64,000 nt of DNA from Ylistrum balloti (taxonomy: Eukaryota), in the NCBI RefSeq assembly GCF_031769215.1, contig NW_026782756.1:372001-436000 (forward strand), read 5' to 3'. A program made the translations under genes and the position numbers. Of this stretch, positions 25,201 through 37,600 are shown one piece after another. The first letter of the stretch is position 1, and the number at the start of each line of letters is the position of its first letter. The notes below the pieces were generated by a model. It saw only the letters and a list, made by a program, of their open reading frames with translations. It made no database searches and was not told the origin of the DNA.

Positions 25201-28200
25201 AAGCCGAGTGCAAAACCTTATAGCAATATCCTATAAGACCAAGTTTTCTGTTGTGGTTTAAGAACTACAATATCTTGTTTCGACCAGTCAGTCTGTTTTT
25301 AGTCTTGTATTGAGTTTGTACCTACAAATATATACAGTATTTGGCATGGCAACCAATTAGGAATTATGGTAACTTTAGTAAATATGATAAAAGTCATGAA
25401 TGTTTGTGGAGAATTGGCTGATTTTGTTGCTTCTGAAATCAAAAGCCCTTGAACTACATATCTTTTCAAAAAACATTACATTTGAATCGCATGAAAATAG
25501 TGATTATATAGTAGCAGTCTAGCAGTCTTTAACTGTGAAAGATGTCAAAACTTTGAGTTACTCCGTATTGGTTTTGAACAGTGATTTGCATAACCAAAAT
25601 ATTAAAAACCCTGATACTCAATCTTTTTTTGTAAATCCACTTTATCTTTCAGCTATGAGATTTGTCAGAACTTTGAAAATGTTGCTCTGACCTCATCAGG
25701 AAATGTGTGTTTATTTTAACATGATTGTATTACCAGGCATTTACTGCTGATGGAGATCAACTGTACTGCCACCCATCCCTCAGGTACTACTCCTCCAGGG
25801 GAGGACATGCCCGCTTTCTCTCCACCAATGTGGAGGAGGAAATCTCCCGATACCAGGAGGAGTTGCATATTCTGAAGAAAGATATTGGAAGCATAGAACA
25901 GAAACGAGACAGCCTTAATGAGGAAATACGTACCAACAAAATAGAGAGCAACAAAACAGAAACTCAGTTGACAAAGATTGCTCAGAAAATCAGAATACTC
26001 AACGATGTATGTATACAACATGCTAATTAAAAAACTTGGGTATCCAATTAATGATGTAACATATCTCAGGCTTTATACATTCATAATTTTTTTAAAACTA
26101 GTTGTTAAAGATTTGAACAAAATGGAACCCAGTTTTAAAGTTTGGTGTTAAATTTGAACAGTCAATTTGCTTAAGAACCATTTGTTGAAGATTTCACATT
26201 GTGTATTTTCACATTGATGTTTCTAATATACCATGAATTTTCACATTGATGTTTCTAATATACCAGGAATTTTCACATTGATGTTTCTAATTTACCAGGA
26301 AATCCAGGATTTGAAAAGTATAGAAGACCCAGAGCCTGTCGATGTGGAAACACTGGTAAGGCTATGATTGGTTGGTATGATGAGCCGTTATATTTTAACC
26401 AGTCAAATTCTATTGGAATGAGCTGTAATTGCCTCTTTATGAGAGACAAATCCAAATTGGTATGAGCTGTTTGTCTGTTGATGAGTTCTTGAACTATTGA
26501 CTGTTTACATGTTGATGCATTCAGTCAGTCTAAATTGGTAATAGCTTACAAAAGCATTTTTTTTTCATAATAATTTTATTTGAGTTTATATTTTTTGTTT
26601 GTAGGAAGAAGAGGTACAGACCATGAATGATCAAATCAAAATCCATGAAGAACAGCTCATGGTCAAAAGCAATATACATAGTCAGGCCCAGCAAGAGCTT
26701 GAACTATTAGAGAAAAAATTTAAAGAGGTGGAAAATCAGATGAGGACAATGGCAGAGGGAGCTGACCCTCTAAAGGTGAGAAATTTTAGCTCCCCTAGGC
26801 TGGGAGGAGCAGGCCTGATAGCGGAAATAGAGTACATTCTTTCAAATCCTACTCCTTCTGTAGGAATGACTGTATAATGATCAAATTTGGTCTGAAGTAT
26901 TCTTAGGTGAAGGGAGATCAATCTCGTTTAGACATAATGTCTCCTTTCGCTAAGACAGGAGGGCCAGGGTAAAATATGGGAGAGTCATTCCTTAAAATTC
27001 TACTCCTCCTGTAGGAATGAATGGATGTTTCCTAAATTTGGTCTTAAGTATTCTTAGGGGAAGGGGACCCATTTCTGTTTAAATGGTTCATACCAACCCC
27101 CTGGGGCAGGAGGGGTGGGGGCCCAATATGGGAAATGTAAGTTCTTAAAACTCCTTCTTCTGTTCATAGATAATATCCAAGTTTGTTCTGAAGCAATTTT
27201 TGTTAATAGTGAATCTGACTTCTGTTTGACCCCAAGGCTGAGACCTATTAGGGAAATTATATCAGTAATTATTAATCATATTTGAAACTATTAAATGACT
27301 GAATAGCTAATTTAGCAAGATGAGCGATGTAGGCACCTTGGGACTCTTGTTTTGAAATCCTATTTCTCCTGTAGAAATGATGGGATTTTGCCCAACTTTG
27401 GTCAGAAATGTCATAGGTGAAGGGGATCAAGTTTATAGATATTGCTTCTCGGCTCCTAGGGGCCTGAGAGGCAGAACCAAAAAGGGGAATTTTGTAAGTT
27501 CATTAAAATCATACTTCTGTAGGAATGATTGGATGTTGTCCCATTTTGGTCTGGAACATTGTTGGTTAAAGGGGAATCAATTTTGTATAAAGGTGGATCT
27601 TAGCTCCTATGGGCAAGAGGGATGGGGTCCAATAGTGGAAAATAGAGAAAATTCTTTAAAGTCCATCTCCTGTAGAAATATTTGATTTTCTGTATTAATT
27701 TGGTCTGTAACATGCCCGGATGAAGGGAAATCAACTTGTATAAATGATGAATCTTTGCCACTTGGACTGGAGTGGCAGGGACAAATAAGGGTTAATAGAG
27801 TAAATTCTTTAAAATCCTTTTCTTCTGTAGATATAACAGGATTCTCAGGAAGTTCTTAAAAATCCTTCAGCCATACAAGGATATTGTGTATTGTATATTA
27901 CAAATAGTGAATCTGACTTCTATTTGACCACAAGGCCAGGACCCATTAGGGAAATTTTTTCAGAGAATATTTGTTATATTTGAAATTCTTTGTCAAATGA
28001 CTGAATAGCTGAGTTAGCTAGGCAAGCATTGGACCTCTCAATCCTCTTGTGTAAAGTTTGAAGGCAAACTAGCCAATAGATATTTGGATTTTCAAGGTAA
28101 GATGGTTTGGAAATACTTTGATAGTGTGTCATTGTAACAAAATTGGAAAATGTAATATTTATGTTTTAGGATGAATTGGGACATGCTCAAAATGAAATTG

Positions 28201-31178
28201 AGCAGTCAAAATCACACAAAAAGCATTATGAGCAGAAATTTAAGGAACAGGAACATAAAATTGCAGACCAGAAGAAAAAAGTAGAGATGTTGGAGAAAGA
28301 AATAGAGGTAAGACATGTTGGCAAATTGATTTTGTTTTCATTTTATGTTTTTCATGAAGCATCACCAATACTAAAGCTTGAAACAAATGTTGAACAATTC
28401 TTGTTTTATTTAACAGAATGATACAATGAAGGCAGAGCAGATTTGTCCACGTAAAGTCAATATGCGAAGGTCTGTGCAGAACTTAGAGAGCGAGATTAAT
28501 CAAATCACCAAACGCATCAAAGTGGAGGAGAAGAGGTATGATTTTAAATAGAAAAACATAAAATCCCTAATGTCTTATTAAATCAGTTTTGATGTAATTT
28601 TATATTCATTTGTATGTTAAAAGAAATTGATGTCGCATAGGAAAATGTTTGTAAAGTTAAAGGACTATTTTTGTTAATATCTTGTTACATTGACGTTCAT
28701 GTAATAAAATCTTCTTTACAATTAAATACTTGTTGTATATTACATCTAGATACAGAAGCACAATCAATGTAAACATAAGAAGTTAACCTTATTTACAGCC
28801 ATGGAAACCCCACCGAGATAACTAAAACATACTTTGAGAAGAAGAGTTCTTACAAAAAGATCCGAGACGAGGTCAAACAATTCAAAAGGTTCATGGATGT
28901 AAGTTGTGTTATTTAAATAATTTTACACGTCTGTAGATATAAAATGTTATCACATAACCTGCTTGTATTCCAGTGAATTTGCCCATGTAATAATTTTGCA
29001 TACATGTCACAAGTGTAATATACTCTAGAGCCTTTTTCATTGCTTGCCCCAGTCATGTGATGACATAATAGGGACAATGATGTTACATGATGGATTGGAA
29101 TTGGTACACCAAGATGACTGCTTCCTGTCAAAATGTAGGCTACCTGAGTGTTGAAAATATATCTGAAGTTTATTTTCATTTCATAAAAGATTTTATGAAA
29201 CTCCTCCCAAAGTTCACTCCTTTAATATCCTATTTGGAATGTGTATGGATATAAAACTGATCACGTTATACTATCAATCAGGTATGATATTTCTTTAAAG
29301 GAGGTTAGTTTGATGGGTTCTAATTTTAAACATTTTGGAGAATTTGAAAATTAGGAATTACTAAGGAAAAAATTACATTTTTTTATGATTTTTGTGAAAA
29401 ATATTTCTTTTTTGAACCTTTGAAAACAAAAACAACCCCCCAAAAAAATATCCCAAAAAATAGTAATTGATATGGACAGTGAAATCAATAGAAGAAAATG
29501 TGGGTGACATACCTTTTGGAGATAAACCTATATAAACACAGATGGAATAGATACATAGTCAGTTATCTTACAAGTTATCAAGGTGAAGGTCAAGGTGACC
29601 TATTTTTATATGTTTTACAGCGTTTAGAGAAGGTAATGGTACAACGACAGCAACAGTACTCCGAATTCAGGAAATCTATTGCCTTCAGAGCAAAGCATTT
29701 CTTTATAATTTTGTTGAGCAATCGCAAGTACAATGGGAAGATGACCTTCAACCACCCTAAAGAAACCTTGGAAATCTCGGTAAGCCATGGGAGGCCATCC
29801 TGAAAAGGGAAGGAAAGATAGACTTCAATTAGTCCTTTATTCAATATTACCTATGGTAAAGGAGACCGTAAATAGTCCTGTAAATTTTATTTCTTCACTC
29901 AAAGGCTGAGAAAATATTTCAGACACCCAGCCTATTTTCCATGTCTTGCTTTAGTGCAACATGATACATGTGGACAAACAACAAAATCAGTGGAAAAGAT
30001 AATTTGAAATTGCTTGTTTGGCTGTATGTGTGTTGAGTATGGATGTGTTCATTTACATGTAAACATTTGCCATAAAGGTACAACCAAACTCAACTAATGG
30101 AGATGGCGCCAAGGACATGAGGTCTTTATCCGGTGGAGAGCGATCTTTCTCCACTGTCTGCTTCATCCTTGCTCTCTGGGATGCTATGGAATCACCCTTC
30201 CGATGTCTTGATGAGTTTGATGTTTTTATGGTGAGTATGGTCAAATTTCAATGCTAAATTTTTAGACTGAATTCCATTGGAAAATAATTTTTAATTTACA
30301 TAGCAATGTGAGAGAAGTGTTGGTTCCTCTGCATTATTACAACAGTGTTGTCCCACAGCTTTCATAAACTTTGACAGGGTTAAAGTAGATAATAAAATGG
30401 AAGAGAGCAACTCTTGCTGTTTTACTATAATACAGGCTTTTCTCCCCAGGATATGGTGAACAGGCGTATTTCCATGGATCTTATGCTAAAGGTAGCTAAG
30501 CAACAGCTACATCGACAATTTATATTCATGACACCACAGAACATGAGGTAAGGTGTTTGTGAATTTTGTCTTTTGCAGAATTTATCTTCCTGGCCAAAAG
30601 AATATAATGCAAAAAACCAAGCAGCAGTGAAAGAACGTGGCATTTATTTAATCTTTTGATGTTCTTACAAACTGGTCACATGTTTTTATACGCCGCTGGA
30701 GGCGGTTGTATATTGGCGTCATCTTCTCCGTCGAGCCGTCCGTCCGTCAATTTCTTGTGAACGCAACTCCTCCTAAACCAATCATCAGATTTTTACGAAA
30801 CTTGCTCAATGTCACTACTACAATGGGTAGATGTGCATGAAGGGGCGATTTTACGGTTCATTGATTTTTGTAAGATTTATGCCATATCTTGATCTTTATA
30901 TTTTGTGGCAGCGTATATAGTATCCACTGCACTATTTTCGTATTTTGCTTAGTTACCTAGAAAAGTGGGGAAAACAACAGATGGTATTTTATTTTGAACA
31001 TTACAGTATGATGTCTCCAGAAAGCAATATATATCTTGGTGTTAATCTGCTTTACAGTGAGCTGGGGATCAAGGTGAAAGGATTGAATATCTTTCGTATG
31101 CCTGACCCTGACCGGGGACAGTCTGTGTTGCCATTTGAACCGTTATCTAGGCAACAGGAAGAGGAGGATGAAAATTGA
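13292..31178 (+). CDS. SMC6: Structural maintenance of chromosomes protein 6, 25 coding exons, about 1104 aa
   Basis: Exons joined in frame at GT-AG: 13292-13432, 15476-15590, 16006-16111, 16692-16828, 17795-17937, 18233-18334, 18905-19042, 19922-20002, 20160-20395, 20854-21018, 21557-21735, 22205-22380, 23228-23254, 23744-23827, 24976-25074, 25737-26006, 26299-26355, 26605-26775, 28170-28307, 28417-28535, 28799-28898, 29621-29779, 30078-30230, 30450-30547, 31058-31178 (total 3315 nt). Motifs: NFMCH, Walker [22 protein letters not shown], hinge RFG...[14 protein letters not shown], signature [10 protein letters not shown], Walker [10 protein letters not shown], and TPQ. AATAAA near 31248. Confidence 0.97.
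14083..14880 (+). mobile_element. Decayed mariner (Tc1/mariner) transposase remnant in the first coding-region intron of SMC6
   Basis: Frameshifted translation gives [10 protein letters not shown]...[10 protein letters not shown]...[26 protein letters not shown] (HTH region), [35 protein letters not shown] and [10 protein letters not shown] (mariner YSPDL motif). Multiple stops and indels. Confidence 0.85.
20673..20853 (+). repeat. 18-bp minisatellite (ctgatgattttgtctct[g/a] x9 plus one variant ending in the SMC6 exon-10 acceptor AG)
   Basis: Directly visible. It explains the spurious ADDFVS and MILSLL ORFs. Confidence 0.95.
26206..26301 (+). repeat. 32-bp triplication spanning the SMC6 exon-17 3' splice site
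   Basis: Three copies of ttttcacattgatgtttctaat(a/t)tacca(t/g)gaa at 26206, 26238 and 26270. Confidence 0.95.
26790..28060 (+). mobile_element. Two head-to-tail non-autonomous Helentron-like (HINE) elements with degenerate internal satellite-like repeats, in SMC6 intron 18
   Basis: The block aatagtgaatctgacttct.tttgacc.caagg...gactgaatagct is duplicated (about 27205 and 27903). The first ends gatgagcgatgtaggcaccttgggactcttgttt, a HINE-type 3' end. Internal aatttggtctgaa...gaagggg repeats are shared with 59160 and 63280. Confidence 0.65.
30683..30950 (+). mobile_element. Short HINE/MITE-like element with (GTCC)n microsatellite, in the last SMC6 intron
   Basis: Starts tttttatacgcc, carries ccgtccgtccgtc, and has a sub-terminal inverted match gcgtata near 30910. 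Confidence 0.55.
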
Positions 31179-32269
31179 TAGAAAGGAAAGACAACTCAAC
31201 TATAACAATGACAAGGATACTTATTAACTGAGCTGTGTGGACATTAAAATAAACACTTCTGGAATAGGCTGCAGTAGTTTCAGGATTTGAAACATACTAC
31301 ATGTTGTTAACTTTAATCATGTATGACTTTGAGAAAGTCTTAGTGCAGACACAAATGTTTGCATATATGAATCTGTCTAGTAGATAAGAATTATTCAAGT
31401 GTTGGAGAGAATGTTCTTAGATGTTTATTCTAAGTGAGTAAGAAAAAAGATCTACTTTTATTTCAATAGTTTGATTCAGCCCCATCCTTTTCCTATTTGG
31501 TAATTTACTCGAGCTCGATATCTTTCGAGCCATCGTAAATGTAGTGGTGTTGATACATACTTCTATACCTGAAAGGTTTTTTTTCTTTTATAGTAACATC
31601 TTAACCAATTAAATGAAACTTTTTCTTTCCAACTTTTTGTTATGATGGGGGCTGTTTATGAAGTTCATTGTGTTTAAGTGATATAGGAAATGTCTTTCAT
31701 TTCAGTACTTAAATTTACTTCAAGAGCGATGTTATTCTGGTCGTCGGAAATATTTATTTGTTGGTACAAATATTAGCACATGATTAAATTTTCTTCTTCA
31801 ATAATAAAAGAAAGAATCCATAAAGGTTTCTGCTTTTATACCTGTTGTTTTTGTAAGGACTATTACAAAATATCCAGTACATTGGTTATTTGTTTTAAAG
31901 ATGTCATAATCGTAATTAAGTTTTAAATCAGATTTTACCACAAAGTACTCATGACCATCACAGCGAAGTGTTGATGGTATCAGATTTTAGATGCAAAATT
32001 TCAGTTTTATCACTTTTTGAAAGGTTCACAAACTGATCAGTAGACACCATGGATGATTAATCGGTAAAGTACGACTAGATTTCAATTGTTATTTGTTTAA
32101 ATTAAAATCATAAAGATAACATGAGCTCTGTTTTGCATTTTGTGTATCGGTGTTAAATAAGGCTGCATTGCTCAGCTGTCAGTGACTCTCTCAGCAATCA
32201 CATTAAATTAATCTGTGTGATTATGTTGTTAAGTATTCAATAGTAAGAAGGGATTTAAAGATTCATTAC

Positions 32270-32760
32270 AATGTTGTCTTCTGGGCCTTTCCCTTCCTTT
32301 TGTTTAAATTCAGTCCCCTTTACACAAGGATACATTAGATCAGATTTTCAGAAAACACTTAACGGTATATATATCTTTTTAAAAAAAGTTTTAAATCTTC
32401 CTTTATTTAACTTATTGGTCCCCTGCCCAAGAGCTCAAGACCCTCAGTTTATTCTAAATAGATTCCCTCTTTCACAGGATACTGCCACCAAATGATCTTC
32501 TTTATACAAAGTTATATGCATCTCAACACTTTAAAGATGGATCCTTTATAGGGACCCCTCTCCTCAAACCTCAGAGAGAGGAAGGTACTCTCAGTAGACC
32601 CACAGTTTATACAAAATTCAGTCCCATTCTCCAAAAAGTGAGCGAAGGAGGGGTCTTGGCACTTACCGTAGAGAGAATTAGAAATGTATATGGTCACCAT
32701 GACCTTATGTTCCAAGATACTCCTCTTGTCCAAAATGTCCCTCCAGCTTGAAAAAGGGTG
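32270..32760 (-). mobile_element. Degenerate copy of the HINE internal repeat family, reverse orientation
   Basis: Reverse complement of the motifs seen at 26880-27700 and 63200-63900 (ccaaat...cccct, ttccctctttcacaggatact..caccaaat). Confidence 0.45.
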
Positions 32761-33300
32761 GGAGATGTGCAGAGAAAAAAGGTTTTTCTTCGAACAGTGT
32801 CAAACTAAAAAGGTCATGTAATGGGTCACAGTAACCGTTGTATGTCACACAGCACGTCATCTACATAGGACCCAATATGAAATGGAATAGGCTGAAGACA
32901 TTTTTCTTCTAACAAGGTTTTACATCACAGCGACTTTGTTTATGTATAAAACACTCTGTCTAACCAGGATTTACCTATATAAGATGTTTAATGACTACAT
33001 TAAATTGGGTTTGAAATATGCTCAGAATCATTCTTTTTAACAGATAAAAATATTGGTTCTGTTAAACACATCACCTTCTGCCAAAATGTTTCTACAGAGC
33101 AGGATTGATGATTCCTCATGAAACGTGGAAGGAGATATACATTGATAAGTAGAACAAGCTTTTGTAGGTTAGAATGACCTGCTTTTCCACCAATAAACTC
33201 TGATTTCCCAGGATATACCAACTGACCAAGTTCAATGACTTTACATGAAGTAGTTTACTAGATACACTCTCAAGCAAAATGTACATTACAAAAATATGTC

Positions 33301-33650
33301 AAAAACAAGGTAGATGCCACGGCATTCATTTTGAAAACTGGATCATATTGAAAATGGTTTGGGACCAACTTACGGAAATGCACTAATATTTGAACTTACA
33401 ACCTGATGGTTTTGGATAAGTAGCAATAACATACTTTACCTACCAAAACCCAATGTGGCCACTGGTGGCCATTTTGAAAATAAAATTGATATATCAAAAT
33501 TAGTGGAGCACCTAGGGACCAAGGGACACATACTGACAGTATGGAGAAGATACCATTGTTTCAGAGGAGTAGTGTTAAGAATTTTTCATGGATAAGGAGC
33601 ATGGACACAAAGTTATCTGATCAGCCTACCTTGTGCGACAGGGTGGTCAA
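33301..33650 (-). mobile_element. HINE/MITE-like element with sub-terminal inverted repeats
   Basis: ACAAGGTAG (33305..33313) and CTACCTTGT (33626..33634) are inverted. One end is AACAAG, the other a T-run on the minus strand. Confidence 0.55.
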
Positions 33651-34681
33651 AAAAGAAACATGGTAATTTTGATACCATGACATAAAAATCCTTTAAAACA
33701 AAGTGATTTTTATAACAACAAATTTATTGCCATTTATATAAAAGCACCCAATTAAAACAAAGTTGGATCTACATACACTGATGATTCTATTAAATGTATT
33801 ACCAGATATTGTTATTGTTAAAACAAAGATTCATTACAAAACAGTACAAAAAAAACACTTCAAAAACTTCTCTTTGTATTCTACTATCACATTAAAAAAA
33901 ATTCTAAAATGCTTCTACATATTTTTACCTGAAAGCCTAAATGAAAACACATGTTTTGACTGCTTTCAATCAATCAAATAAAGCTTACCCACTCTCAATG
34001 CAGTCGGACAAGTAAAACAAATTGATTGACACTTGAAAGACTTTCCTACAATTAAAACAATTTAACTGAAACTCAAATATCCTTGGACAAGTTTTCTACA
34101 CAGCTATCTACATTTCTATATTAGATCATTCTCGGGTGAAAAGTCACAAAAAGGAGAACAACATCTCGGTGGCACACCCTATCCAAAACGGATTTCAAAA
34201 TTGTTGACAAATGAAATAGTTCAGGATTTCTCAATGCTTTTTTGCAATGCTGATGCTGGATAACTTTCTGGAAACACTTGACAATTGATCCTGTTATCCA
34301 ATAGAGCGTTACTTCAGACATGGATGAATTCACAAATTGATCACATTACAAATTGCACCTATTCCTTCATGTATGGTTTAATAAAGCTATGACTAGGAAT
34401 CGCTTTCATTTTATAAACACATATAGGAAATTCCCCAGGAATTTTTTAAATTATAAAGACTGTATGTACACTTGCATGTAATTTTCTTAATAGATCACAA
34501 TGTTCAGATACTGTTTTGGAAATACTAGTAAGAATTATAACAGTCAGTTATAAAACGGAGTTGAATCGCCCCTTACAGTCTCACTTGACTGTCTGGAGTT
34601 ACCGATTTGGTTTACCGGTAAATGTATTCTGGCCATGGAGGTTTCACTTCAGCTGAATCAGCTTGTTATGAAAGTGACCCA

Positions 34682-37600
34682 TCAGCCTGGTTCACTTTTG
34701 ATGGATGGTGAAGTTCTGTCATCAGTCTCATCAGGTTGGTCAGTTTGACTTTGTTCTAACGGGGACAAAGTCACATTATCCATGGAAATGTCAAAAGTGA
34801 TGGGACGTTTGTTGACTTTGCTGGGTAATACCACTTCAGACTCTGGGATTCCTTCTGCAATGTATCAATAATATGCAGATTAATGTACCTGATACTACAT
34901 CTATCTTATTTGACATGTAACAGCAGTTCACATGCCCTTACCTGTGATTAATAATAAGCTATCTCTCTTCCACCTGTAATTCTAGTTAAATCAATACAAC
35001 TTCTGTAACAACAGTTTACCCCTATTTGCCTGTAATGGCAGTCAACTGATCTATGCCTTCTTCAAGTTAACTGGCTCTCACCTTTATTGCCAATTAACTG
35101 GCTTTCTCCTATAATGCCAATTAATTGGCTCTCTCCTATTCTGCCAATTAACTGGCTCTCTCCTATAATGCCAGTTAACTGGCTCTCTCCTATATTGCCA
35201 ATTAACAGGCTCTCTCCTATATTGCCAATTAACTGGATCTCTCCTATAATGCCAATTAACTGGCTGCCTCCTATAATCCCAATTAACTGGCTTTCTCCGA
35301 TAATGCCAATTAACGGGCTCTCTCCTATATTGCCAATTAACTGGCTCTCTCCTATAATGCCAGTTAACTGGCTCTCTCCTATAATGCCAATTAACTGGCT
35401 GCCTCCTATAATCCCAATTAACTGGCTTTCTCCGATAATGCCAATTAACTGGCTCTATCCCATAATGCCAATTAACTGGCTCTCTCCTTTATTGCCAATT
35501 AACTGGCTCTATCCTATAATGCCAATTAATTGGCTCTCTCCTATAATGCCAATTAATTGGCTCTCTCCTATTTGCCTGTAATGGCAGTCAACTGATCTAT
35601 GCCTTCTTCAAGTTAACTGGCTCTCACCTTTATTGCCAATTAACTGGCTTTCTCCTATAATGCCAATTAATTGGCTCTCTCCTATTCTGCCAATTAACTG
35701 GCTCTCTCCTATAATGCCAGTTAACTGGCTCTCTCCTATATTGCCAATTAATAGGCTCTCTCCTATATTGCCAATTAACTGGATCTCTCCTATAATGCCA
35801 ATTAACTGGCTGCCTCCTATAATCCCAATTAACTGGCTTTCTCCGATAATGCCAATTAACGGGCTCTCTCCTATATTGCCAATTAACTGGCTCTCTCCTA
35901 TAATGCCAGTTAACTGGCTCTCTCCTATAATGCCAATTAACTGGCTGCCTCCTATAATCCCAATTAACTGGCTTTCTCCGATAATGCCAATTAACTGGCT
36001 CTATCCCATAATGCCAATTAACTGGCTCTCTCCTTTATTGCCAATTAACTGGCTCTATCCTATAATGCCAATTAATTGGCTCTCTCCTATAATGCCAATT
36101 AATTGGCTCTCTCCTATTATGCCAATTAACTGGCTCTCTCCTATAATGCCAATTAACTGGCTGCCTCCTATAATCCCAATTAACTGGCTTTCTCCGATAA
36201 TGCCAATTAACTGGCTCTCTCCTATAATGCCAATTAACTGGCTTCCTATTACAGCAACAGTAACTTGCTTTTCTCCCCCAAAAACAGATAACTGGCACCT
36301 GTTCTTTAAAGAGAGTCAAGTGACACCCACTGGTAAAGGTAAATTATCTGGCTTCCTCCCATAAAGGTAATTAATTATCTCCCTCCTAAAAAGATAGCTA
36401 ACCAACATCCTTCTATAAGTGTAGTTAACTAGCTCCCTCCTAAAAAGATGGCTTACTCCTATTAAAGGAGTTAATTGGCTTCTTCAAATAACAATAGTTA
36501 AATGGCTCCCTCCTACAACAACTGTTAACTTGCTCCCTCTGAAGATGACAGTTTTCTAGTTCCTTCCTAAAAGATGATTAATTGGAACCCTCATTATAAA
36601 GGTAATTAACTGGCTTCTTCCGAAAATGAGAATTACTCGGCTCCCTCTTATAACAACTCTGAACTAGTACTCTCTTACAAGACAGGTCCTGTGTATACCT
36701 GTGAATTCGTTCACCCTTAGAAGGACCATTACATTACTTCACTTCGGCTGATAGCAAGTTTACATAAGCCCAACTATGGTTATGATGGTAGTTAACTTGC
36801 ATCTATGGACAAGGAGTAAGCTTGTTATTACCTACATAGGACACCTATAATGACTTCACTCATGCTGTCCTACTAATACAAGTAAACTCACTCCTGTAAA
36901 GATGATGAACTCTTGCACTAGTTACACTAAGTTCACACCTATAATATCAATTTACTCTATATATTTTGAACTTGCTCTTACCTATAGCAGCAACAAACTC
37001 CTACTTACAACAACGTCAGCTTACTCCTATACCAGGAGGAGTATTCTTTCAGTAAATAGACACTTTTGGCAAGTATAATATATTATACTTGTACAAGTCT
37101 CAGAACAAATTGGGGTTAACCTACAACAGTTGGTTCACTGCTGGCTAAAATGGCTAATCATTGCCTTCCTCTGTAATAACCAGTTCAGTTGATCTGCCTT
37201 CTGTGAGATCATTTTCTTTTGCCAATAATCTCACCTTCTCTCGCTATTTTCTTCACTTCCTTCCTGCGGTTGGCAAACCAGTTCAGCACCATATGTGGAG
37301 TCACCTTTTCTCTGTCATGTAGGGAACGATTTCCTAGAATCCAATTTAAATATTAAGTTACTAAAAGTTTTGGGTTTGAAATTCAGAATCTATCATGAAA
37401 TTTACTATTCAAGAAATCTTAATCAATGAGTTATCCATAAACATTCAGAAAATATACACCTGGTTACCTTGACAACTTACCCATATTACTAACAGCCATA
37501 TTGCACATGTGAGAGATGGCCTCTCGTTGCTCATGGGACGGATAGGCATTCTCATTAAAGCAGGTTTCCAGCACCTCCAGATGTTTTTCTCGAAAGGTGA

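Noticed and set aside
35087-36364. ORFs of 164 and 243 aa made of IMPINWLSP repeats
   Set aside because: They are translations of a 27-bp intronic minisatellite, antisense to the host gene, with no splice or promoter support.
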